DNA from: an uncultured virus (IMG/VR IMGVR_UViG_3300032093_000026)
Taxonomy: Duplodnaviria > Heunggongvirae > Uroviricota > Caudoviricetes
Reading direction: 5' to 3' (one strand)
IMG/VR virus record: IMGVR_UViG_3300032093_000026
DNA length: 64,000 bases
This document shows, piece by piece, positions 21,127-30,393 of the stretch. Position 1 is the first letter of the stretch; every line of letters starts with the position of its first letter. A model generated the notes under the pieces. That model searched no databases and had not been told where the DNA came from. It worked only from the letters and a program-made list of their open reading frames with translations. The position numbers and the translations under genes are program-made.

Positions 21127-24100
21127 TTAAGGTACAGGATCTTGACAGGTTTCACCTAAAGGATCGCACATTTTAGAAAAAACTGATTTTATACCAGTAC
21201 CAGTAGCAGGATTAAGGCCAAATTGAACACATCTCCTATACTTTGTATTAGCATCAGTAAAAGTTAAATTTTCAATTGTAGGAAGAAACTCACAATTTGA
21301 ATATGAAACAGTTCCTGTAAAAGGAAATGCTAATGCACCGCTTGCTTCAAATGTAATACACATACACGATAAATCAACTGAATTACAATCTTGACCAGTA
21401 GCAATATTACCATATGACATTTTGTTACAAGCGTTAGTTCCTGTTACGCATTCCCATGAAGATCCAATTGGATAATCAAGATTTTGACCAGTATAGCTAA
21501 GTAAAAAGGCATATAATGTTCCAACAGGATCGTTCAAATCACTAACAATTTCCCATCTGGCAAGTCCTATATTCCAATAAATATATAGAGAAATTTGTGA
21601 AATACTTGGTGATGGGAATGTAGGTGTTTGTACAACATAATAAGCTTTTCCATTTATATTTCCTTGTGGTGTTGCTTCACTATCATATACAGAATACTCT
21701 GTAGCACCATCTATTCCACCAATAAAGTTTACACATATACCACTGCATCCATAAACTGTTACAGGAGGATTGCCACCAGTTGATTCTGCAAAACATGTAC
21801 CTAAGTTAAGAACATACTTTGGTGATATGCCAGAAACATTAGTTGCAGTAACATCTTGTAATGAAGAGGTACAAACATTAACATAACTTACTGGATTAGT
21901 TGATGCTTCTGCAAAAGTAATAACTTGAGTTACACCTTCACAATCTGGATAAGTTACTTGAGCAGCAAAACCACCTTGGATTTGATAATCTATATTTAAA
22001 CAATTACAACAACTGCCTATATTACTTGAAACAACAAAACCACCACCACCAGTTATATTATTTACATTTACCCAATCTAATGATGTTCCATTTGGTGCTG
22101 GAACAACACCATTATTAAAAGGTACATTTAAGTATGCTGCTAACGTACCATTTATAGCATTAATTCTAATTTCCCAACGAGTTCCAGACCATACTAAATA
22201 ACCAGTATTTGCCGTATTATTAATACTAGTAAATCGAAATACTGGTTGATTATTAACAATATCTATTGTTGTAGAAGATTGAGATGAATAACCATTTGCA
22301 CCTCCAACAGTTTCAAGACTTGTAACTAAACAAGCTGATTGACACAGTAATTCATTATAACTAGTAACTTTTAAAAATAATGTTGAACTACCAAAAGGTG
22401 CCACAGGCTGCTCAACCCATGCTGTTTCTGGTGGAGTTAATCCAACACCAACTGTTGAATTTGTAGCTGTAATAAAACCAATAGCTACAGGAGGTGTTAC
22501 GACAGGTACTGCAGTTTGTGCTGCTACCCATTGAGTACCATTATAATAAACAGTAAAATGATATGTTGTTACACCTAAAGTATCTGTACCAGAATACCAA
22601 TATTTACCATTATATAAACCATTATTAGTCAAATCAAAATTAAAACCAATTGCTTCAGCATTCCATGATGAACAAAGCGGTACTCTTGGACAAGATGGAT
22701 TATTAAAATCAAGAGGTGCTGCTAAAGCAAGCGTCCCACTACCATATGGAAGTTCACCAGTTACAGTCCAATTATTTGTTGTTGGAGGATATATGCCTAC
22801 ACCAGCATCAGTATTTGTGGAAATTTGATTACTTGTTGGAATTGGAAATACAGGTGGATTAATTGTATGTGCTGCTATCCACGTTGTACCATCATAATAT
22901 ACAGTAAGATATGAGTTATCTGGTGCAAACATTGTATTTGTTTTTGGTGTTGTGTACCAAGCTTTACCATTATAAATTCCACCAAATTGCATTTGAACTT
23001 GACCATTGCCAACAGGTGTTGCTTCATTACCCCACTCAGCACACAATGTAGGTTGTATTGTAGTGGTCGTTGTAGTTGATGTGGTTGACGTAGTAGAACT
23101 AGTTGTGCTTGTAGTGCTACTAGTTGTTGTTGTGGTTGGAGGACATGATATACGATTGTTACAAAGTTCAGTTGTACTAGCTGAAACACCATTTGGTAAT
23201 GGTGTTCTAAACATAGTTGCACACACACGTGTACCATTAGAAACAGATACAACTTTATCAAGATATGTAATACAATCTACAACAGTAACATTTACAGGTG
23301 AACCTAAAGAAGATATAAATGTATAACATCTACAAGGTAAATTTAAGGTTGTAGTTGTTGTAGTGCTTGTAGATGAAGTAGTACTGGTACTTGTGGAAGT
23401 GGTTGTACTACTTGTTGTAGTACTTGTAGTAGATGTACTGGTAGTGCTAGTAGTAGTTGTTGTTGGTACTGGACAAGCTGTATTATTAACACATGGTATA
23501 ATAGATGAAATAAGTTGTGACGTTGCACCATTATTATCTGAAGTACCGACAAATCCACTTCTTGCACATATAGCAGCTACATTTCTAGAAATAGTTAATG
23601 TCTGAGATATACCGCTACAATCATCCCAAAATATATCTGTACTAGAACCAATAGGTCCATTTGAAATAACTGAATAACAATAACATGGAATTGTAGTGGT
23701 TGTTGTTGTACTAGATGTAGAAGTAGTTGAAGATGATGTAGATGTCGTTGAACTACTCGTAGTAGTCGATGTAGATGTTGTTGTAGAACTACTAGTTGTT
23801 GTGGTACTTGTAGAAGTGGTAGTCGTAGAACTTGTAGTTGTAAACTGTGGTTTTGGTGTAGTTGTGGTAGTAGTTGAACTAGTACTTGTAGAAGATGTGG
23901 TTGTACTACTAGTAGTTGATGTACTACTTGTTGATGTAGTTGTTGAAGTGGTTGTACTAGTTGTAGGACAAGGTGTAACATCACAAAGAGGTCCAGGTGT
24001 AGAAATAACAATAGGACCGCATGCATCAATTGCTGTTACTGAAATTGCACAAACTATGTGTTGTTGATTTGGTCCAATATAAATCCCCCATACAAGATTA

Positions 24101-25332
24101 CCATTTCTATCTATATATGAATAATACCCACCATTAGGGCCACCATCAATTGTAAAACAATAAGGAGGAGGTAAAGTGGTTGTTGTCGTTGTACTTGTGG
24201 TGGTAGTTGTTGATGTTGTCGTAGTTGTTGTAGTTGTACCAAGAGATGTGTTAGTACATTCAGGTAATGAAGATGCACCATCAATTTTAAAAGATACACT
24301 ACCAGCAGGAGGAACAATTACACCATAAGGAGGAAAATGTTGAAATTCATAAATGTTACCATCTTTATTACCTAAGTAAATTTTACCCTGTGCTTGAAAT
24401 ACACCAAAAGGAAAATCTACAATACCTGTTACATTAACCGTTTCTTCAAGCGTTCCTGTTGCGTAATCATACTGATATACAAACTTTTGATTTGTTACAA
24501 TATCAAAAGTGGTAACTATAAACTTACCGTTAGATGTTAATAAAAAGTCACCTGATATTTGATCATTAATATCTAATTGAAAACCTGGAATAAAAGTATT
24601 CGTAGTTAAATCATATTCCCCAACAGTAGAAAAACCACCCACTGATAAAATAGTATTTACTACAAGAAGTCTTGTATTATTTATAGCCCAAAGACCATCA
24701 GATGAATTAAATCCTACAGGCCATGTGTAAGTAGCTACAGGATTTATAGAAGATGTAAAAGGATTAATTGTAATATTCCATTCTACAAATTGTCGCGTTA
24801 CTAAATTTATTAACCAAAGTTTTGTACTCGTATGAGCTACGTCAGGTGAGTTAGGACCAAACTGTATATTTAAAAGAGTACTTGTATTAGTTATTACATT
24901 ATATTGATAAACTTGTGAACCAGAGTTTAATATAACTAAACAAGGATCAGCAGTTGTAGTGGTGGTCGTAGAAGTAGTTGTTGTTGTAGATGTAGAAGTA
25001 GAAGTACTTGTTGTAGTTGTAGGTAATGGACAAATTGTAGTAGTAGTAGTAGTTGTAGAAGTAGACGTAGTACTAGTTGTTGTAGTACTTGTAGTGGTGG
25101 TCGATGTTGCACAACTTACGTTTACAAAAAACGGTTGATTCCATGTATCTTGAGATACAATTTTAACAACAGTGGTACCATTAGGAACTAAAACATTATA
25201 TCCAGCTGGTTGAAATGCTGATAAAGGAATATTTGTAATAAAAGGAATTGCGTAACCATCTGCATTTGTATATAAATCAAATGGTCCACTACCTGGTGAT
25301 ACGTTAAGTGATATGTTTATTAAAAATGACAT
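21127..25332 (-). CDS. Mucin-like modular fibre protein
   Basis: 1401 aa. N-terminal GPF.LY module, propeller-like domain, several T/S tracts, CxCY repeats and NGKxWY repeats. Confidence 0.7.
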   Translation of the reverse strand: MSFLINISLNVSPGSGPFDLYTNADGYAIPFITNIPLSAFQPAGYNVLVPNGTTVVKIVSQDTWNQPFFVNVSCATSTTTTSTTTTSTTSTSTTTTTTTICPLPTTTTSTSTSTSTTTTTSTTTTTTADPCLVILNSGSQVYQYNVITNTSTLLNIQFGPNSPDVAHTSTKLWLINLVTRQFVEWNITINPFTSSINPVATYTWPVGFNSSDGLWAINNTRLLVVNTILSVGGFSTVGEYDLTTNTFIPGFQLDINDQISGDFLLTSNGKFIVTTFDIVTNQKFVYQYDYATGTLEETVNVTGIVDFPFGVFQAQGKIYLGNKDGNIYEFQHFPPYGVIVPPAGSVSFKIDGASSLPECTNTSLGTTTTTTTTSTTTTTSTTTTTTLPPPYCFTIDGGPNGGYYSYIDRNGNLVWGIYIGPNQQHIVCAISVTAIDACGPIVISTPGPLCDVTPCPTTSTTTSTTTSTSSTSTTSSTTTSSTSTSSTTTTTTPKPQFTTTSSTTTTSTSTTTTSSSTTTSTSTTTSSSTTSTSSSTTSTSSTTTTTTIPCYCYSVISNGPIGSSTDIFWDDCSGISQTLTISRNVAAICARSGFVGTSDNNGATSQLISSIIPCVNNTACPVPTTTTTSTTSTSTTSTTTSSTTTSTSTSTTSSTSTTTTTTLNLPCRCYTFISSLGSPVNVTVVDCITYLDKVVSVSNGTRVCATMFRTPLPNGVSASTTELCNNRISCPPTTTTTSSTTSTTSSTTSTTSTTTTTTIQPTLCAEWGNEATPVGNGQVQMQFGGIYNGKAWYTTPKTNTMFAPDNSYLTVYYDGTTWIAAHTINPPVFPIPTSNQISTNTDAGVGIYPPTTNNWTVTGELPYGSGTLALAAPLDFNNPSCPRVPLCSSWNAEAIGFNFDLTNNGLYNGKYWYSGTDTLGVTTYHFTVYYNGTQWVAAQTAVPVVTPPVAIGFITATNSTVGVGLTPPETAWVEQPVAPFGSSTLFLKVTSYNELLCQSACLVTSLETVGGANGYSSQSSTTIDIVNNQPVFRFTSINNTANTGYLVWSGTRWEIRINAINGTLAAYLNVPFNNGVVPAPNGTSLDWVNVNNITGGGGFVVSSNIGSCCNCLNIDYQIQGGFAAQVTYPDCEGVTQVITFAEASTNPVSYVNVCTSSLQDVTATNVSGISPKYVLNLGTCFAESTGGNPPVTVYGCSGICVNFIGGIDGATEYSVYDSEATPQGNINGKAYYVVQTPTFPSPSISQISLYIYWNIGLARWEIVSDLNDPVGTLYAFLLSYTGQNLDYPIGSSWECVTGTNACNKMSYGNIATGQDCNSVDLSCMCITFEASGALAFPFTGTVSYSNCEFLPTIENLTFTDANTKYRRCVQFGLNPATGTGIKSVFSKMCDPLGETCQDPVP

Positions 25333-25335
25333 TTT

Positions 25336-26256
25336 TTAACATATATTTATTCGAGCTACACTATTTCCTGTAACACATGAATTAAATAGTACAGTTCCTG
25401 TTGGTGAAGTTATTCTAAGCCAGTTTATATTAGAGTGTGGTATATTATTACCACATACAGCATTATACGTTGTCATCGCAGCTGGAATAGAAATATTAAT
25501 AGTTGTAGATCCAGGTGTAATTGTTGCTGCAACAGCTAATGCCTGCGCTTGCGACAGAACAGTTTTACTATATCTTGAATATCGATTCCACGTTGCTGAT
25601 GGATTTAAAGCAGTTGGTATATTATTATAATCTCTACATATATTTCTTCCAGAAAGTGATAAAGCACCACCTGTACCAAAATCATTATTTAAAAGAATAT
25701 CTCCAAGATAAACACCATTGCCATAAATTTCAAACATTGCTTGATTACACACATGATCACCAATATCACCCATACAAGGATGTGTATAACCAGCTGGTAA
25801 TAATTGCAACTCATTAAAATCATGTATATATATACCTTCTATTATCAGACCATTTAAACAATTTACTACAGGTCTTACTGTTGTAGTTGTAGTTGTTGAT
25901 GTTGATGTAGAGGTAGATGTTGATGTAGAGGTAGATGTCGTACTAGTAGTTGAGGAAGTACTAGTTGTTGTTGGTAATCTAGTAGTAGTAGTAGTTGTTG
26001 TACTCGTAGTTGTCGTACTAGTAGTAGTTGTTGTTGTTGGAGGTATATTAACAATTATACTATTTGTACATTTACCATTTGATCTAATTTTTACACTTGT
26101 TGTAAAATCAGGTACATTCACAGTTACTCCAGATGTAAGATTTGCTTTTGAAATATTAATACCATAAGCAACGATATATCCATCCACATTTGAATAAATC
26201 ATAAATGGACCTGTATCACCACCTGCTGTATTTAATTTTACAAAAATAGCTTGCAT
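25336..26256 (-). CDS. Thr-rich virion protein
   Basis: 306 aa; DTGPF.IYSN N-terminal module followed by a ~50 aa T/S tract. Confidence 0.65.
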   Translation of the reverse strand: MQAIFVKLNTAGGDTGPFMIYSNVDGYIVAYGINISKANLTSGVTVNVPDFTTSVKIRSNGKCTNSIIVNIPPTTTTTTSTTTTSTTTTTTTRLPTTTSTSSTTSTTSTSTSTSTSTSTSTTTTTTVRPVVNCLNGLIIEGIYIHDFNELQLLPAGYTHPCMGDIGDHVCNQAMFEIYGNGVYLGDILLNNDFGTGGALSLSGRNICRDYNNIPTALNPSATWNRYSRYSKTVLSQAQALAVAATITPGSTTINISIPAAMTTYNAVCGNNIPHSNINWLRITSPTGTVLFNSCVTGNSVARINIC

Positions 26257-26257
26257 C

Positions 26258-27415
26258 TTAACTTATATTTTTACAAACATTGAAACCTGTTATTTTATAA
26301 ACAACACTAGGGCTTGCTGGTATATTCTGAGGATTTTGAAAAATGTTAACACCATTAACAATTAATGTTTCTATACGCATTCTAGGTGCAGCACCAGGTG
26401 CATTAATTAATACAAAATCACTAATGGCATTAGCAGGAAGATTAATATTAAAATTATATTGATCTAACAAAGTTGTACAATTTGTATCAGAATATCTTTT
26501 TGCAACACCTGTAATAGTAAGTGCTACTGGATTAATTCCTAATGACTTAAACACCTCAATTCCTATAAAACCATCAAAATTTGTTGGTGAAATAATAAAT
26601 GTAGCCACTGAAGGATCAAATACTGTTGTTGTAGTTGTTGTACTTGATGTAGTTGTTGGTGGTGGTATACATGATTCATTTGACTGCTGTTGTGAAGAAC
26701 CAGCTGCACATGCTTTACCAAGAGGTGTCACAGTAACAAAAGATGTATTAACAGATATTGTATTTGTTCTAGCACAATAGTATTTTGTTGAATTTCCACT
26801 TATGTTTTCTGTGTAACTAAAATTATTACAACCATCATAAGATATTCCTTGAGTATTTGCTGAATTATTTTTAACACTATAACATTGACAACGTAACGTA
26901 GTTGTTGTAGTAGTAGTTGATGTTGATGTTGTAGATGTTGTTGTAGTACTTGTAGTACTTGTAGACGTAGTCGTTGTTGTTGGAGCAGGAGTACAACAAA
27001 TATTTGTATCATTATATGAACCAGGACCTACAGATTGTGTAATAGGTTTAGTAGCATCAATACATCTTGTAACAGTTATATTACGAATTGTTAAAGAACT
27101 AGGTGTTATTCTTCCACATTGATAAAAAGTAAATGTAGTTGGTGTTACACCGCCTGTAAATGTAAAGTTTCTACAAGGACATTTAGTTGTTGGTACAGTT
27201 AATAAAACTTCATCACATTTTTTTCCAGAATTAGATTGAACACTTACTTTAGCTGTTGCATTTGGAACAATCATGTAATAACCAGATTGCAATTGTAGTT
27301 TAGTAACAGTTGATGGCCATATAGTAGGATTGTTTAAATTATCATAAAGTATAATACTATAAGGACCTGTATCAGGTCCTGAATTGTTTAATGTTAAAGC
27401 TATAGTTTTTGACAT
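26258..27415 (-). CDS. Thr-rich Cys-rich virion protein
   Basis: 385 aa; DTGPY module, two CxC repeats and T tracts. Confidence 0.65.
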   Translation of the reverse strand: MSKTIALTLNNSGPDTGPYSIILYDNLNNPTIWPSTVTKLQLQSGYYMIVPNATAKVSVQSNSGKKCDEVLLTVPTTKCPCRNFTFTGGVTPTTFTFYQCGRITPSSLTIRNITVTRCIDATKPITQSVGPGSYNDTNICCTPAPTTTTTSTSTTSTTTTSTTSTSTTTTTTTLRCQCYSVKNNSANTQGISYDGCNNFSYTENISGNSTKYYCARTNTISVNTSFVTVTPLGKACAAGSSQQQSNESCIPPPTTTSSTTTTTTVFDPSVATFIISPTNFDGFIGIEVFKSLGINPVALTITGVAKRYSDTNCTTLLDQYNFNINLPANAISDFVLINAPGAAPRMRIETLIVNGVNIFQNPQNIPASPSVVYKITGFNVCKNIS

Positions 27416-27422
27416 TAATAAT

Positions 27423-27704
27423 TTAATTAATCGACACTAAATCAATTGAAATTTGTAATAAACAACAGTCATCTTTAGGAAATGCTTTTGGTAGTATTTT
27501 ATCAAAAAACAAATCACAAAGAGATTCACCTTTTTTTATATCGTAACAATCTTCATCTTTACCTGAATATTTTACACAACAAAGATCTATTACATCTTCA
27601 CACTGTTCTTTTGGATTACAATCAGGAAGACATTGTACACCTGGTGGTGTACATTGTAAACAAGGTTCACAATTTGGATCAGATGTATTACAATTACAAG
27701 CCAT
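27423..27704 (-). CDS. Small Cys-rich protein
   Basis: 93 aa; CVKYSG..C..IKKGE shared module. Confidence 0.6.
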   Translation of the reverse strand: MACNCNTSDPNCEPCLQCTPPGVQCLPDCNPKEQCEDVIDLCCVKYSGKDEDCYDIKKGESLCDLFFDKILPKAFPKDDCCLLQISIDLVSIN

Positions 27705-27737
27705 AGTTAATTAATTATTCAGATACGGCACTATCTC

Positions 27738-29312
27738 CTAAACACATATTGATTGTAAATTTAATGTACCTCCTGTTGCAGGAACAACAACATCATTAAT
27801 ATAATAATACGCTAAAGGAACATTACAAGAACAACCTAGTGATTGATCAGGTGTTGTTGTGTTATATGAAAATTCATACGGAACTCCTTCACAATCAACA
27901 AATGATACAAATATTTTACCATTGTAACCAGGAACTGTATTACCTGATGCGTTACCTAAATCTGTTGAAGAAGGTGTAACAGTCCATTCATAACAAGGTC
28001 CACAAGTAGTAGTAGTGGTAGTAGTACTGGTAGTAGTAGTACTAGTAGTTGTTGAAGTGGTCGTTGTGCTTGTTGTTGTTGACGTGCTGGTTGTTGTTGT
28101 TGTTACAGGTTGTATAACTTGTACAATTTGTTTACTACATGTTTTACCATCTTTTATAATGCAACCATTCACTGTAACTGTATATGGTAAATTTGGATTC
28201 AAAGAAGATGTACTTACATCATATGTTACACCAATAGGATTTGTAGATTCAACAACTAAATCTAATGTTGTAGTGTAAGTGTGACCATTTCCATCAGTAA
28301 TAGAAACAGTAGATAATGTAGGACAATTTGCAAAACCAGATGGAATTACAGTACCACTATTAAAAATTAAAGTAACTAAATTTCCTGCTGTATTTCTTGT
28401 AGCTTGATATACTAAAAAGAAAGCAGAACAATCCACAGAGCAACATGTTTTTAAATCATATATTGCTGATCTTATATCACAAACAGTAAGCCATAAATTT
28501 TGAAAAGACTGCGCTAAATTAGCAGGACTAATTGTCCACCCAGGAATAGATGCCATTGTCCCAGTTTGACTTAAAGCATTTTGTGAACTTAATAAATTAC
28601 ATTGTGCAGTTGTAGCAAGACCTATATCTGATGGAGTACCAAGTGAACTAGTAAAAACACATAGTTGCTGATCAAGTAAACCTAAAAGAATATCCATTTG
28701 AATAGGTACACCTTGTGTAGCTATACTATATGAACAAAAAGGTGTAACAAGTGGTGGAACATAACCTGGGTCATTCTCAAGACTAGTAACCCTTGTTTGT
28801 AAATCTAAAATTTGTAACTTTTGTAAATTAATTTGTTCATTAAGAGAACAAACTTTATTTGCAACAAGAACTGCATATTCACTTAACTTAAGACTTGTAA
28901 CAATTAAACCAGTAGACGGATCAACATACCATAAACATTCAGGAAGAGGAAGTGTAGGTTCAGAATACTCTCTATCAATTACTTCTGCTAAACTACTTGA
29001 TGTATTAAAAGAAACTTTACCCACACAACAAATGGCATTTGTTAAAAGCTGTATAACATTTTCTAACTTTTTATCTGTAGGTATTTTTAATGTACTGCAC
29101 GCATCAACAAGACAATCAAAATCAACATCTGATAAATCAAGTGCTTCTTTTACTTTACATAGCTCATCTGCAAGTTTATATACTACATCAGAAACAGTAT
29201 CACCTTTACAAAGATTGATACATTTAAGATCAGGGCCCTGCCATATCACACAATTTGATGATATAGGTGAGCAATTTTCTTTATCAGAATTTGAATGATA
29301 CGGTGTCATCAA
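27738..29312 (-). CDS. Cys-rich fibre base protein with coiled coil and Thr tract
   Basis: 524 aa; SSNCVIWQGPDL.C module, heptad segment and T tract. Confidence 0.6.
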   Translation of the reverse strand: MMTPYHSNSDKENCSPISSNCVIWQGPDLKCINLCKGDTVSDVVYKLADELCKVKEALDLSDVDFDCLVDACSTLKIPTDKKLENVIQLLTNAICCVGKVSFNTSSSLAEVIDREYSEPTLPLPECLWYVDPSTGLIVTSLKLSEYAVLVANKVCSLNEQINLQKLQILDLQTRVTSLENDPGYVPPLVTPFCSYSIATQGVPIQMDILLGLLDQQLCVFTSSLGTPSDIGLATTAQCNLLSSQNALSQTGTMASIPGWTISPANLAQSFQNLWLTVCDIRSAIYDLKTCCSVDCSAFFLVYQATRNTAGNLVTLIFNSGTVIPSGFANCPTLSTVSITDGNGHTYTTTLDLVVESTNPIGVTYDVSTSSLNPNLPYTVTVNGCIIKDGKTCSKQIVQVIQPVTTTTTSTSTTTSTTTTSTTTSTTTTSTTTTTTTCGPCYEWTVTPSSTDLGNASGNTVPGYNGKIFVSFVDCEGVPYEFSYNTTTPDQSLGCSCNVPLAYYYINDVVVPATGGTLNLQSICV

Positions 29313-29327
29313 AATATAATTTTATTG

Positions 29328-29522
29328 TTATTTATCATTATTTAATTGATACTCAATAATATCTTTTCTTAATTCATCAAGCCAAATCTTATTTTTTTTA
29401 TTACAAGATTTAATACCAAATCTCATTTTGCGAAATTCATCATAATATGAATTTGCAAATTTTACAAAATATTTTTTCTCATCACCTGTTATGCATTCAT
29501 TATGACTGGTCTGGCAATTCAT
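29328..29522 (-). CDS. Hypothetical protein
   Basis: 64 aa, in the operon. Confidence 0.5.
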   Translation of the reverse strand: MNCQTSHNECITGDEKKYFVKFANSYYDEFRKMRFGIKSCNKKNKIWLDELRKDIIEYQLNNDK

Positions 29523-29673
29523 TATTTGTAATTTGTGTATTATTAGCTTGTTTAAGATCTGCTAATGTTTTTTCATAAAACGTAACGCAGTTTGTACATA
29601 CTTTTGAACCATCTGTGGCAACACGCACTTGACAACCGCATGTAATTTGAGAGTTACAATTTGGACAATTCAT
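29500..29673 (-). CDS. Small Cys-rich (Zn-finger-like) protein
   Basis: Not in the ORF track. MNCPNCNSQITCGCQ...VCTNC, 57 aa, with an AAACCAAT leader. Confidence 0.6.
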   Translation of the reverse strand: MNCPNCNSQITCGCQVRVATDGSKVCTNCVTFYEKTLADLKQANNTQITNNELPDQS

Positions 29674-29693
29674 ATTGGTTTATTTTTGGTTTA

Positions 29694-30275
29694 TTAATGA
29701 CATGTGGAACAACACCCATCACCACTCATGTATTTTGCTAATCTTTTGTTAGCATATACAAGTAACTCATTTCCTTTTTGTACATCATGGCAATATTCAA
29801 CTTTTGCCTTTGCCGAATCAATAAAAGATTTAATAAGTCTTAACTCTTTTAATTGTTCTTTCACATCAGCTTCAGGTTCACAGGCTGCTAATTCTAATTT
29901 ACAAAGTTCGTGAAAATATTTATTTAATATTTGACAAACACGTAAATGTTTATATTCAACAAATACCTCACTATTAGGGCTTACAGAATATCTTATAAAA
30001 TAAACACCATCAGGTAATATCTGTGATAATTCATCACAACTATCAGATTGAAGTTTTAAATCACATGCATTTAAAACTAAATTAAAAAGTTCATCATTAG
30101 ATGGTGGATTTGGAATAGGAATTATAGCTGGTACATTAAATCCAGGAGATGTAATTTCCAATTGAGGACATGTGATAGGTACTTTATCACTATATATACT
30201 AGTATCTTGCACACGAAAAATTGTACAATTATTCGTATTTGGCACTTCTAAACTTAATTGATGTTTGTAAGCCAT
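29694..30275 (-). CDS. Putative structural (tail hub-like) protein
   Basis: 193 aa; LPDGVY.I.YSV motif; first gene of the fibre block. Confidence 0.5.
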   Translation of the reverse strand: MAYKHQLSLEVPNTNNCTIFRVQDTSIYSDKVPITCPQLEITSPGFNVPAIIPIPNPPSNDELFNLVLNACDLKLQSDSCDELSQILPDGVYFIRYSVSPNSEVFVEYKHLRVCQILNKYFHELCKLELAACEPEADVKEQLKELRLIKSFIDSAKAKVEYCHDVQKGNELLVYANKRLAKYMSGDGCCSTCH

Positions 30276-30345
30276 TAGACTAAACTTTTGAAATTACTTA
30301 GACCCTCCAATAATAATATACTGTATTTTAGACATATTTCAAAAT

Positions 30346-30378
30346 AAAAAAAAGGGGTACGATTGCACCCCTTTTTTA
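30346..30378. terminator. Intrinsic terminator
   Basis: A-tract, GGGGT stem arm, loop, ACCCC stem arm, T-tract. Confidence 0.7.
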
Positions 30379-30393
30379 TAAAGAAAACTCTTA

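Noticed and set aside
14667..28278. Val-rich plus-strand ORFs and Leu/Gln-rich alternative-frame ORFs
   Set aside because: They are antisense or off-frame shadows of the poly-Thr (ACN) tracts.
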